Shown here one piece after another: positions 1-12,739 of a stretch of 64,000 nucleotides of DNA. The DNA lies in NCBI GenBank assembly GCA_020891255.1, contig BQFW01000009.1, positions 1,550,001 through 1,614,000 of the forward strand. Reading direction: 5' to 3'. Source of the DNA: Entomortierella parvispora E1425 (Eukaryota; Fungi; Mortierellomycota). Every line of letters starts with the position of its first letter. Positions within the stretch are counted from its first letter, which is position 1. The notes beneath the pieces were generated by a model. That model was not told the origin of the DNA. It did not search any database and saw only the letters and a list, made by a program, of their open reading frames with translations. Made by a program: the position numbers and the translations under genes.

Positions 1-1677
1 TCAAAAAACAGACAACCCTCTTCTCCGTAGGTCTACTGGTCATCTGACGACAATCGTCGCCCATCACTCGCCTTTGCATCGTCCCTTTCAACATCTGTCT
101 TATCCTCCTCTAGCTCCGGCAAATAGAAGCTCATTCCTCTTTTGGGAATAGGCATCGCATCTCGAGACTTGTCGTCTTGCTATCATACAACAACTGGTAT
201 GCAACCAGTGGTCTAACCAGCCAAGCCTGGCGTGCTTTTTTGTCTCTGTGGTCCTCAGGGGAGGGACAAACAGGTGCGCACGGCGAAATTAAAATAAATG
301 TGTTGCCATCAGTCACCCCTCGCACTCGGACCATTTCTCTGTCAACAATACATTGTGCGGATGACATTGTTCTTCGCACGTTCGTCCTTTTCTTCTTGAC
401 CCAGCTCGTCGAGCTGAAAGGGTTCATGGGTATTCGGAGCAATACCTCACCCCTGTGTCGGACCAGAGAGATTCAAAAGCTGAAAAACGCTACAATGTAA
501 GGATTGTGGTTTTTTTTCTTAATTTTTTCTTTTTTTACTTTGTGGTTGCCCATTCCTGAGCAAGAGGAATCCAGATCGAGTGCGGCTAGCAGCCTCTGTC
601 CCCTCTCTCTATCTTCAGTTTTCTCTGGGGTTCTTTCACTTTTAGTGCGAAGCATGCAAGCTAGCGTCTTGTTTTTACCCGAGGAATACGGATATCGAGA
701 GTGCATGCCAAAGGCTGTTTTTTTTGCTCTTCGCTCCTTTTCTTGTTCCTTCCATATGACGCTGGCTCTCAAACGTGTTTTTCTCTTTAACTGTTTGACT
801 GTAGTTACCAGAACTCGGTCCCCCTTCTCCAAAACAATATGGGCGTCAAGCAATGGCTCACAAGCTCTCTTCATAGTCTACCGCGCTAAGCCTGTCTCTT
901 CCTATTCTGGTTCTCACATTTATATTTCCATGGAGTTCTGGTCCTGGCGGAAACCATGCGAGGCGTCCAATTGCCTGGTTCCGCCCAGCTGACTAGAAGC
1001 AGATTATCAATTTGCATGCTTGAGTTGTGTTCACACAGCCCTCCCTGTATTTTGGATCAAAGCGCTGTCCCTCCCCCGTGCCTTCTGCCGAGTGCCATGC
1101 TCCTTCATCAGAAACATGCCACGGTCCCTCTCTGCAGGTAGACATAGTTCACTCGTTGCCATAAATGGGATGTCCAAACAGGAAACAAGATGAAGGTGAA
1201 GACCTGGCCTTCATAGGACTGAAATGGAGGAAGACACGCTAGAGGCAGCACACAACCGCAATTTACATTAAAAAAAACCACATTGCGAGAACGGAACGGG
1301 TTCCCCCAATTCGTGTCATTCTGATCATTCATTACGTAGAACAATTCCGGTAGCAAATCATAGGCCCGTAGCACGGGTAACAACGGCCGGTGCGCGTGCT
1401 CTACGGTGCATGGTGATCACCTTCGACCCTGATATGGTATGCAGATTACAGATGCACCACCCTCCTTGCTCTCTTCTCCTTTGCTTCAGAGCAGTTTCCT
1501 GTTGCACGCCACCAAACAGCATCCAAACCCCTGGTCGAGACGTTTTTTTTTTTTTGCGTTTACACGGTTGAGTCGAGAACTCTTTATATAATGACGATTA
1601 CTTATTCGTTGTATTTCTGCCTTCGTCGTTCCCAAGAAAACGCCTTCTTTCCTGAATTGTGAAGTCCTTTTGGATAT

Positions 1678-2544
1678 TTAAAGGCCACCGGCACCGCCCA
1701 TGTTCTGAGACTCGCGCTGGACGCGGTTGATGTAAGTGCGGGAAACAATGTTCCATGCCTCCATGTAGCGATCCATGCACTTGGAGATGCAGGCCTATTG
1801 AGAAATAACAAGGGATTGAAGATCCAATTGAAGGTTGGGTGGCAGATACGACATGTCCAGATATAAATTCAGCAGTGGTGAAGGATCCAAGTTGGAGGAT
1901 GACAGCATGCAAGATGAATTGCAACAGAGGTCGACGGAGGAGAGGAATTGGACGAAAAGAAAAGAAAAAAAAAAGGGTGGTTAGGAAACTGGATTCACGG
2001 GGGACATATAAGGATGCTGGATCAGATCAACTGGTTCTCCTTGACTGACCTGCTCGGAGCTGTCCAACTTGGCACCTGGCTTGGGTACGCACTTGGCGAA
2101 GCACTTCTCGTTGATTTTCTGTTGGTGAAGAGATGAAAAAGGATGGCAGAAGAAAAGGATGGCCCAGAGACACGTAGTTAGGATCGGAACGATAGTGGGC
2201 CATCCTGACTGCCCCGGAACGGTATTTCATTCTGGTCCTGCACGACTCTTTGCGTTCAGGTCGTTGTGGTAGATACATACGTTGATCAACTCCTGGGCGT
2301 TGGCGAGAGCGAGCTCGCTGCGGACCTGGTCCATGACCTGCTGCTTCTTGGCCTCCTATAGACGACAAACGTACACAAGCAACACTGTTTAGTCAATGGG
2401 TTCAGCCGGAACGAATGCAAGAAAAGGGCGCCCATCGTGAAGCCCTTTTTTTCAGCATTGTTTCTTCCAAAGAGAATCCTGTCCTTCTGATGAGATATCA
2501 CGCACCATGGAGCCGCTGCTGCCGTAGTTTCCGTAGTCAGACAT
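1678..2544 (-). CDS. TIM13: Mitochondrial intermembrane-space small Tim chaperone Tim13 (4 exons)
   Basis: Spliced by eye: [13 protein letters not shown]|[25 protein letters not shown]|[23 protein letters not shown]|[38 protein letters not shown]. Twin CX3C motif, GT..AG introns all in phase 0. Confidence 0.95.
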
Positions 2545-2765
2545 GATGTGTAGAGAGAGATGTGGGGGTGGGGGTGAATGAATCGAGTGAGGGAGAAGAA
2601 AGAGAAATGGAATGCCAATGAACCCAATGGAAGTGATCAGACAGATCCGACTGCAATCCTCAGTGCAGTCCGCGAAAGGGAAAGTTGGACTGCTGCAGGG
2701 CGTGCCTAGCTAAGCCACACGTAGATTGCTTGATCGCAGATGCTGCCATCCGCATCAATCACGTG

Positions 2766-2792
2766 CATTCATTCATTCATTCATTCATTCAT
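2766..2792. repeat. (CATT)n microsatellite in the TIM13/SEC10 divergent intergenic region
   Basis: About 6-7 consecutive CATT units read directly. Confidence 0.9.
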
Positions 2793-2930
2793 CCATGCAT
2801 GCATGACTAGCGCTTCATCTCTCTCTTTCTCTCTCTCAACAGACGCATTCACTTGCTGGCCTTTCCTTGACCCCATCCATCCCCATCTCAACTAGGCAAA
2901 GGAGACAGCCGCCAAGGGAAACTCTCAGCA

Positions 2931-5900
2931 ATGGCGCCTCCACGAATGCCCCAGCCTTACGAGCTGAACCCAGACCTGAAGGCAACCCTTCGCGTCGAGT
3001 CCTTCCAGGTTGGTGCCGTGTTCTGGACCTTCTGTGTCTTGAAGGATGGCAAGAACATCCGTAGCTAACGCACCACTCCAAATCTTTATATCTTGTGAAA
3101 AAACAGGGAACATTCAGCCCAAAGGTCTTTATCGAGCGACTTTCTAGTGGAATTATTGCAACGCGTATCAAGGAAGGGTCCAACACTTTTGACCCCAAAC
3201 CTTTCATCCGCACATTCGAGAGTTCCCTCAAGGAACTGGAACGACTCTCGAGCAAGATGCAAAAACACACCTCGGAACTCGAGAGAGAGACTCAGAAGGA
3301 AGAGTTGGCATTCAAGAAGCAAGTCAAGGAGCTGGGCTCTGGATTCGAGGTACAGGATCGAAGGACGGTCTCACCTTGTGCCACGTTCGCGACAGAAAGC
3401 CAAGTCACTAACTGCCTGTTATGCCTTTGTTTCCACCACTTAGGATGTACAATCAACTCTGGAGGGACTGGATTCAAGGATTAGTGAAGTCGGAAGCACT
3501 GCTATCAGGATTGGTGAGAGGCTATAACAGCGCTTTCGAATTTGTCCAGTTGTCATGTTCATAAAGCCTAATGGACTATTCTTTTTTTTTTTTTTTTTTT
3601 TTTTTCAGGTGAAAAATTGGAAACAGCAGACAAACAGCGCGCAAGAGCGGTATTGTCAAAGAAGCTCATGGAGTACTTTACACAGTTCAATGAGGGGAGA
3701 TGCCCGACTTTGGAATCACTCATGACACTGCAGGGTCTGGAGGGACAGATCGAGGTACCACAAGTCATTGGATAGCCACGTTTTAAAGGCGGCAAAATGG
3801 AAGTACAGATTCTAATACGCTGATGCCCACCTTTATTAGGCTGCTAGAATTCTCCGTCAGCTGGCTATCCTTGCCAAGGATGTTGACCTGGAAGAGACAG
3901 TGGTGGTAAGTGACCCCAAAATCACGGGTTGGCCCAATTTTGTTTTGCTTCCTTATGAAAATCCAAGCTGACAGAACTCTTTGATCAAATCTAGGCAAGG
4001 CAAGGAATTGAGAGATTCAGAGAACAATTCGAAAAGGATATGCTCGAGTCCTTTGACAAGGCCTACCGTGAAGCAGACCCGAAAGTGATGGCGGTAATTG
4101 TCAATGCCCTCTCATTTGATTCAACAACATTCACTTCCTGGAAGAGACAGCGAGCTGATATTACCTTTTTTCTGTTATAGCATTGTGCCAAGGCTCTGCT
4201 AGAGTTCAACGGAGGCCACTCGTGTGTTCAAATCTACGTCAATCAGCACGATTTCTTCATGCTTCACTCCAAAGTTAACGAGTCTACGCCAATGGAGGGT
4301 CCTAATCAGTATGTATCGATGCAAAGATGACTGTAAGATTGATTCATGAAGGGGAGGTACTGACCTGGGACATTGTCTCTTGACTTTAGGGAGGATCTCA
4401 CAAATCCCATTGCTGCTATCCCACCCATCGACGCTGGTCTAATCAAGCTATACGAGGACATTCGGACGACAGTGGATCAGGAAGCAGAGATTATTTCCAT
4501 GGTATTCCCAAATCCTGCCTCCGTTTTCCAAGTTTTCATCCAGCGTGTCTTTGGACAATCTGTAAGTTCCCAACTTGTGTTTCAAATATCATATTTCTCC
4601 AACACAACCTCTAACAAAAGTTTGCTCTCATAGATTCAACAATTCATCGAAACGTTGTTGGAGCGAGCACAGTCGAAATCTACACTTGCGTATCTGCGCA
4701 CACTGTTGTCGATCCACGAGCACACCATTATTCTTGTCAATGACCTTAAAAAGTGCGAGGATACACTGAAGATTGGAGTCAACACCAACATCAAAGGATC
4801 TAATGTGTCCGTAACGACGCAACCCCTAGCACAAACTCTGGACCGCTGTCTTGATGATCTGTTTGTCCCTTACTTGGAAGGAGACCGATACCTGGAGAAA
4901 GAATTGCAGTCCCTTTGCGAGGTGTATGATACGATGCTGGCAAAGTTTACAGCTTATCAGGTATGGATATCAACTTCTGTTTTTTTACTACTTGGCCTCA
5001 AGTTCTCACGATCTCAACTACGACCGCTCCATCTTTTCTAGTTGCAAAGACGTGGAGGCAACAAGTTCAGAGCGATTATTACCCGAACATTTAACCAGAT
5101 TATTGACAACAACCGCCAAACTCTACCTCCGGTCGTGCAAGAGAACTTTGCCACGGTCAAGAACCCCGAAAAATACCAAAACATGCAAGTGTCTGATGAT
5201 GATGGCGCTCTCTCGGTGGACCTTGTCGTCAAGCTCTTGAAGATCCATGCAGAGAGTGTTGTGCGGAGTGTTGGCCTCTTGCCAGTAACGGGAAGGTAAT
5301 ACCAAAGCCATAAGCGAGAAACTGTAGATGTCCATTGTGTTTTTTTTTTTTTTTGCTAAAGTCTCTAAATCTTCACCCTCTAGACCAAAGAACACGGCTG
5401 TTTTGTTCCAGCTCCTGACCGACTACATTGGCATGCGTTACATTGATGCCGCTTTGGACTCGTAAGCACTTTTTTTTTCTTTTTTTGTACTAGGTGAATT
5501 CGCCGAATGCAGATGTCTAATGGATTTGTATGTCGTCTCTATTTCTCTATTCATACGACCTGTAGAGCGCTGGAAGATTTGTCGGCCCTGGATCCAAAGT
5601 TCCCCCCAGATCTGAGGCCCATGAAGCGTGTCAAATTGGTCAACGGAATTGTACACCTGATTCAAATGCACTTCCAAACAACAATCGTATGTTTTTGGTT
5701 CTGAATCGGAATTTTGTTCTTGGAGATTGAAGAGTAGTAGGATTATCAAAACTGACTTTGCTTTTGTACTTGAACAATCTAGTTACCCTTGACTGTTCCG
5801 TCACCACAGGTCTATCGTGACACAGTCATTCAAAAGAACAAGCTTATGGCGAGTGTGGAAGCCAAGGCCAACGCCACGATCCAGAAGGAGATTGATGTCA

Positions 5901-6762
5901 TCTTGGCATGGCTTGATACCTGTCTGAGTCGTCAACGTCGTACAGACTTTAAACCCAAGGATGACGAGATTGATCTCACAGGATTGGCGACTAAGCCCTG
6001 CATAGACTGCTGCGAGTTCTTGCGTCGGATGTACGACACGACGCGCAAATGCTTTGATGGCAAGAACATTGAGATGTTTTGTTCAGAAGTTGGTATCACT
6101 TTTCATGGGTAAGTTTTAGACAAACTCACAGCACGATGTCTTTTGCGCCACACCCAGGGAAACTAAATGGTCGTTCGTTCTTTCCTCTCCTTTTTTTTTT
6201 TTTTTTTTTTTAGAATGCTTTTGGAGCACTTTAAAAAGTTCTCGATCAGTCCAGTCGGAGGTGTCTTATTAGCAAAGTACGTCCCTCTTCATGTGTGCGT
6301 GGACCAAGATAGTCCATGGAACATATCTCTAACATGTTCACTTACCCCATTCTCATTTTCCATAGGGATATCGCCAAGTACCAAGAGACTGTAAAGACGT
6401 GGAACATTCCTGCTTTGGATGAACGATTTGAAACTCTACGTCAGCTCGGAAAGGTTTTCTTGGCCAAGCCTGAGATGTTGCCTTCGGTCCTGAACGAGGG
6501 ATACCTTGCTAGAGCGGACTTCAAGACTCTGTACCCTTACCTTCAAATGCGTGTCGATTTCAAGACTTCCAAGATTGACAAGTTGTTTGAAAAGCTCAAC
6601 TTGACTGGATTCAGCAGCAGTCTTGGGTCTGGATCGGGCTCTTCGGGATCGGGCGGAACTGGATCTGGTGCAGCCAATGGAACTGGCGCTAGTGGCGCGG
6701 CAGGATCGCAAGCCAGCAGGATGGAGGACATTGCCAGCACAAGATTTATGAGCCTCCGCTAA
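2931..6762 (+). CDS. SEC10: Exocyst complex component Sec10 (EXOC5), many exons
   Basis: Exon translations include FDPKPFIRTFESSLKEL, VYRDTVIQKNKLMASVEAKANATIQKEIDVILAWL, LSRQRRTDFKPKDDE and DERFETLRQLGKVFL, all typical of Sec10. GT-AG introns link the ORF pieces; stop at 6760-6762. Confidence 0.92.
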
Positions 6763-8130
6763 AGACGCCTGGCAAAGAATCGTGGTCTTCATTTCTGCGA
6801 ATGCATCTCGTCATTATTTAAACTGTCTAGAATAAAGAGGGATCTCATCTGATAAGGGAAGCATCATTGGGCTGGGTCCAAGTTGCGAGACGAACCAATC
6901 TTTGTTCAAGTTTTTCACGCAGTATACACCTCTTGTGAAGATGTGGACCAAAGGCTGTTGCAGTAGTTTTGTTCGTCAGGAACGACTCTGTGTTTGCCTA
7001 CTGTTTCCTAAAGCGCCATCCTCCTTCGGTGGGCTCATGCAAGCAGGACAGAAATGTCCGTTTATCAGTCCTCCGTCCTTCACAGGCTCGATGGGATCAT
7101 TCGTTTGAGAATCATATGTCTGTAGGTCTTGGCGTTGGTGTTGGTGCTTTGGTTCACACTGCATGGAGAATGGATGAGGCTGTCTAAGGAAGCAGGAAAG
7201 CAAGAGTCAGGCTGAAATGGAGGTGGCTGCAACGAAGAGACGAAAACGAACTATATTGATATGGATCGCGAGGTGTGTTGATAGCGTCAGATGTGTTTTT
7301 TTTTTTTTTTTTTTTTTTTGTTGCAGCAGAGGGAAAGAATGAGACGTCCTTGAGACGGATCCTACAAATACCCATTGGTCGTATCATTCTGAATTGTTGT
7401 TGCGGTTGTTCTTGTTGCTGTGCCCCTCATTGCTCGTTCTTATGGCCACCCTTCATCGCCTTTCATGTCATTTCATTAGTCCATAGTGACAGAGCAATGT
7501 ACTTACGTTCTGGCCACTGCCAACCAGGGTCTGATTGAACGGATTGAAGAAGAGGGCCAAATGTGCTGGTAACTCTTTGAGCATTTCACGACATACTGGC
7601 TAAAGGTACTGGCCCGGAGGGACATGCAGAGGAGAGAAAAGGAGGCTAAAATTGCCCTCGCCCCCTCTGTTCACTCGTTTTTACCTGCTCGAGGACATAC
7701 ACCTTTCCTCGGCCTCACTCTTGAGCCATACTTTTCGTGTTGACAGACGCAGACCGCTGAAAACGCCTATACCCCTGAAGATCCATTGTGTCGCGAACCT
7801 CGTTGACTCGCAGTTGGATTTTGGCAACGATGAACGACCAGTCTGACCAGTCTGACTGAAAGTGTTGCCCCAGGTGGGATGTTATTGTAGTCGCTCGTCT
7901 TTCTTGAGAAAGAGCGCCACTCCATCAAGAACAAGCTGCTGTGCAACACAATGGTTTCAATCTGAGAGCACTCAGGCAGCGCCGTTTGGAGTGTTTTTTT
8001 GTTTGCGGTTCCGAAAGTCCAAAAATCACCTTTTCCCGTCCTCCTCCACCCTTTCTCCCTCTCTCTCTTGGTTCTTCTTCAATCCATTCTCTCTCACACA
8101 CACACACACACAACCAAAGCTATTTTTAGG

Positions 8131-9892
8131 ATGAATCTACATCTAAACCGCAAAAGCTCGGACGAGTTCAACGAAGCATCAAAATGTACCTCTCAACCCC
8201 GGCCCACCCGTGGCGCGAAAGCCCCTCACATCCTTATCATCGGTGCAGGCATCAGCGGACTCTTTTTGGCCATTGTGCTTGACCGCTCTGGGATCCCTTA
8301 CCGGATATTTGAACGTGGTTCTTCTGTGAAGGAGACTGGTAAGAAGAATAATAGATCATTCACCCCTCGACTCCAGTAGGTAGCTATTCATCCATCTCGT
8401 GTCCCTAGGGTTCGTTGCGAGCCTTGACCGCCAAATCCATCCTGTCCTCCAGCAACTTGGTTTCTATGAGGAATTGAAGGCCATATCCTCCCCTCTTTTG
8501 AAAATGCACATGTGCTATGGGACCACAAAGATGATCGGCACTCTTACACCTGAGAATTCCAAGGAACTGTGAGTTTATCATGGGATCAGCAGAGGAAGGA
8601 CAAAAAAAATAGTTCTTATTCTTACTTATTTGTTCTACATCTCATAGAATCGGACATGACTGCCTGATGTTACCTCGGCCCCGTCTGCTCGAGTTCTTAT
8701 TGTCCAAAGTCTCGGCAGAGAGGATCCATTTCAGGAAAAAGGTGTTATCGACTGTCCAAAACAACGAAGGGGTCGTGATTCAGTGCGCTGATGGTACTAC
8801 TTACCAAGGAGACATTTTAATTGGAGCCGACGGTACAAACAGCACTGTGAGGGAGTCTCTGTACCGAAATTTAAGCGATAACCACCATTTACCGCCCCTA
8901 GACGCAAAGGAGATGAACAAGAGATACACGTGCGTCTTTGCTACAACGGACCCTCTGGATCCGGAAAGGTATCCCTATGTGGCCCAGAATCACACCGAGT
9001 CCTATATGGTCATTGAGGAGGGTACCCGGTATACCTGGTCAATTGCCAACGTGCCGGACAATCGCATCTGCTCCCTCATCATCCGTCAATTGTCGGCACA
9101 GAGAAAACGTGGAGAAGAAAAGCTACATGATGATAGATGGATGTCAGCACAAAACGCGACTATGATTAATCGCATCCGCAAGTTCAAAACCCCTTGGGGT
9201 GGAACCATGAGTGACCTCATCCATGAAACTCCAAAGGACAAGATCTCCTGTCTGCAACTGGAGAACAGACACTTTGAGACCTGGAGTCATGGCCGAACGG
9301 TCCTGATCGGACACGCAGCCCACAAGGTAACGCCTGATTCTTGCAAAACATCCCTCAAGACACACTTTTGCCTGCTCCCACTCTTGCCTGCTCCCACTCT
9401 AACTTGTCCTGTGTATCTGGCGTAAGCAGCTCTTGCCAAGTGCGGCCCAGGACACCATTTCTGCCCTCCAAGACGCAGTGATCTTGGCCAATTGCCTCTA
9501 TAGTTTGGAAAACTCAAAGCAGGAGTCCATTGAGGCTGCTTTGAAAGACTATCAAGAACAAAGATACCGCCAGGTTAAAACGCAAGTCAACAATAGCAGC
9601 CGGAGCGCTTTTCTACTTCATGGTCAGGTAAGAGGGATATATTTGAGGACGGAGGGGACGGCCGAAAACCTCGGTCATCAGCCTCCATTGGGCTGACAGA
9701 GGGTGATATGTATTGGATCCTACCTAGACTCTGGTCGAAAGGATGGTCCGTTCCGTTGTCTTCAATTGGCTTCCACACAACATGAAGATCAGGGCGATCG
9801 TCGCGTTTTCGTCTTCTTTATCAGCAAAAGATACTCCGTACCAGCCCCAAATTGGACTCCTTCCCCAGGCTGAGAGGCGAGAAGAGATGTAG
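8131..9892 (+). CDS. FAD-dependent monooxygenase (UbiH/salicylate-hydroxylase-like, FAD_binding_3), 5 exons
   Basis: ILIIGAGISG (GxGxxG), IGADGTNSTVR (DG motif) and RTVLIGHAAHK..LLPSAAQDTISALQDA (altered GD motif). The frame stays open across the introns; the last exon ends PYQPQIGLLPQAERREEM*. Confidence 0.88.
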
Positions 9893-10363
9893 TCGGGAAG
9901 GAAGGGCGACTGGTGGTGACGAAACAACTGGTTCAGAGGTTGTTGCCAGCCCCATGGATCTCAAGACTGGAGCGCAATAAATATTGTACAGAGGTACCAC
10001 CTCTCCTGGTCTGCAAATCCGCCCTTGTATCAAAGTGGGAGGACGCGATTCTTTACATTTTGCCCTTGACGCCCACAGTAGGCTGAAGGACCTCAGAGGA
10101 GTTTACATGAATACAGGGTGCACCATAGCTGATTTCAAGGGTTTGCTGGCCGCAATAGCAGACACTGCCCAAGTAAGGACGCTGGGATTGGCGCTTAAAA
10201 ATTGATGTGTTTGAAGAAAGGACATCAGGAATGGGAAGTCCTGAGTGCCATGAACTCTTTGCTTGTGGAGGGACAGAATGAAAGCCAAAAGTCAATGCCG
10301 TGTTTGATGTTCGGTGATTTTTTTTATTCCTGAAAAGATTAACAAAAATGACAATCTTTGTCT

Positions 10364-11452
10364 TTAACGGAGACGACGGGCCTCACGCTCAGACTCCATA
10401 AGGCAGAGGATATCGCCTATATATCAGGGAAGAGTTGTTGTTAGGAGGATTGAATGGTATGCCAGCCCGACTACATGGCAAAATTTCCAATAGAGGCGCG
10501 CTCCTGTTCCGTGCGAAGTCCCAACGGCGTGAAGTCGTATTCTCCAGTGGTGTGGCGATCTTTTGGTGTGTGGATGGTGCGCGTAGGAAGATGAAGGTTC
10601 TTCATCTCTATTGTTTTGGCGCTCGCGTGTCCTCACGTGCCGTTGTCGTATCCTTGAAAAAGGGAAGAGATGATAGCGAGTCCGGGTCTCGTCTGATTGT
10701 TGTTCCCGATCAAAAGAACTTCCGTGTTTGTTGTTCCCCGTTGATATCAGCCATTTTCATGCATGAAATAAACACGTACCCTCACGGACGGGTCCCTTGA
10801 CGTTACGGATGACGTTACGGACGCTGTTGGAGTTGGAAGGATCGTCGTTCAACTCGACCTTGACCTGGGTGACACCACCGCGGGAGCCGGTACGGCCGAG
10901 AACCTTGAGAACCTTAGCGTGCTTGACAACGGTCTTATCCTGTAATGACAAATTGGTAGGTGTTGCGAGCAGTTAGGTGACCTGAAAGAACAAAGATGAG
11001 CGATTCCTGACGGATAGTTTTGCTCTGTCCTGACTGTGATGTACGATCGCCCCCTGTCTACTGATGGATGACCTCCATCAGAACCGCCACTGTCCGAAAA
11101 CACGCTCTGAGAAAGAAAACTCTTAGACCGTGTTTGCCTCTACTGTCGCACTCCTGTACTTCTCCTGGTTAAAAACAAAAGCCTCGATAAAACTCCTGGG
11201 TGTGGAAAACAGTTGCGCTAATCCCTTCTAGACTTTGAGATCTCTGGTCCATGAGATCAAGGGTTCATCTAGAGTTTTTGTTTTCTGGCTTTTTTTTTCT
11301 TTCTCGGACAACACGGCCCAGATGGATGGATGAATTGACTGATTCCTGATCTGGATTCCATGCGGGTGCCATGATGGATGATGATGGTGCCCTCTCCTGT
11401 TCTGTTCCTGAGTCGATTGCCCCTCCCATTGCATGCTCCCTTTCCATACCAT
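10364..11452 (-). CDS. RPS28: 40S ribosomal protein eS28 (ATG-only first exon, two long introns)
   Basis: ATG at 11452-11450 is followed by GTATGG. Exon 2 reads [39 protein letters not shown] and exon 3 reads [17 protein letters not shown]. The first-exon position is inferred. Confidence 0.95.
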
Positions 11453-11789
11453 GGTGAGATCTGTTTGTCGGATGAGAAAGAGGGGGGAACAAAAAAATTT
11501 TGCCCTGTTGCACCACACATACCGGTGCTCCGGCCCAAGCCACGGATTTTTTTGATCTTTTGCCACCAAAAATTAGCATGGTCACGTGCGTGGTTCTGTC
11601 CGTCTTCGTTTTGTGTCCTTGCTCACCTCTTTGCTCTTCTTCACTTGGGCTGAGTCAAGGTCTCTCTCCCTCTCTCTTCATCTCCTATGTCGGATGATAG
11701 CTACAACAACCAGTGCAAAAACATGCAGCTTCTCTGTACAAGGGTTTTCATTTTATTGTGGGCTCTAGAGGTCATTCAAGAGTCCTAGC

Positions 11790-12408
11790 TTAGTTGTAAT
11801 ACAGCTCAATGTTCATGCCATCGTGGATCTCATAGTCATCCAGAGTAATATGATCCTTGTAGACGTTGTACCTAGGTGACAAAATAAGAAACGAACGGTC
11901 TCATTAGCAAATGACGATCATACAAAGGAAAACAGAACGAATTGTCAGGTCAGATAGAAAGCTATAGGACTTACCACTTCTTGAGAACAATCTTCTCCCA
12001 GTTGGTTCCAGTCTGCGCAGCAATCAACTTCTTGAGATCACCAACGGTATCGTCACCACTAACAAGTAAAGAAGAGAATATGAGGGGTTAATCGCTAGAA
12101 CTAGGTCATGCAATGCAAACCAAGTGCAAGTCGTTTGCGATGCATGCTCTCGAACGTGAACCTCCTGTGAATGGTCGTGCTGAATAAAGGCATTCAATGT
12201 CGACAGTCCAGGTTTTTTTTTGTTGTCTGCCCTGTTTCTCTGTCTGTCCGTCCTGCAAGTCTGCGCCTCCAAGTCCAGTCCTATCCAGCCCTGTCCTGTC
12301 ATTGTTTCCTCGGTCCTGTGAGGTAAAGAGTGTGTTGGCATTAAAGACGTACTTGCACTTGACGCGGACCTTCTTGCCAAGGCGATCGTTACAGACAACC
12401 TCAATCAT
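11790..12408 (-). CDS. HUB1: Ubiquitin-like protein Hub1/UBL5 (3 exons)
   Basis: [19 protein letters not shown]|[28 protein letters not shown]|[26 protein letters not shown], with the C-terminal di-tyrosine. Confidence 0.96.
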
Positions 12409-12739
12409 GATGAGTAATGGGCGGAGGGGATGAGTGTTATGGAAGTGCAGAAAAGAAAAAGAGAAGCTGATGGAAGAGTGCATGGGATGGGGTCAAGTTT
12501 CAGCACAGAAGGCACTTGTGCCGCTGCGCCACAATTTTTTTTTGTGGGCCATTTCATATTTCAGGGCGCGAAATGCATGCGTTTCTGGTTCTTTCATTCC
12601 TTCGTTTGTTTCCTTTGCATCTCTTCAACCTTCGTTTCTCGGCGTAAAGTCTACCGCCCAACACCACATCAGAACCGAGCAGCATTCAACCGGATACCAG
12701 GAGCAACATTGGCATTGGTGGCTCCGCATTATATATACC

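Noticed and set aside
1-1440. Possible multi-exon gene fragment; a + strand GTAAGG donor at 496 and short protein-like pieces (RRAERVHGYSEQYL, CEACKLASCFYP), with ORFs on both strands
   Set aside because: I could not build a consistent exon chain, fix the strand or recognise a product.
6976-7626. Minus-strand ATG exon ending in GTAAGT (MSLRASTFSQYVVKC..) plus ORF 6976-7203
   Set aside because: No recognisable motif and no convincing in-frame linkage between the pieces.
9984-10205. Short + strand ORF with an LRR-like flavour (LRGVYMNTGC..VRTLGLAL)
   Set aside because: Too short and isolated; it may be a remnant, but I cannot support that.
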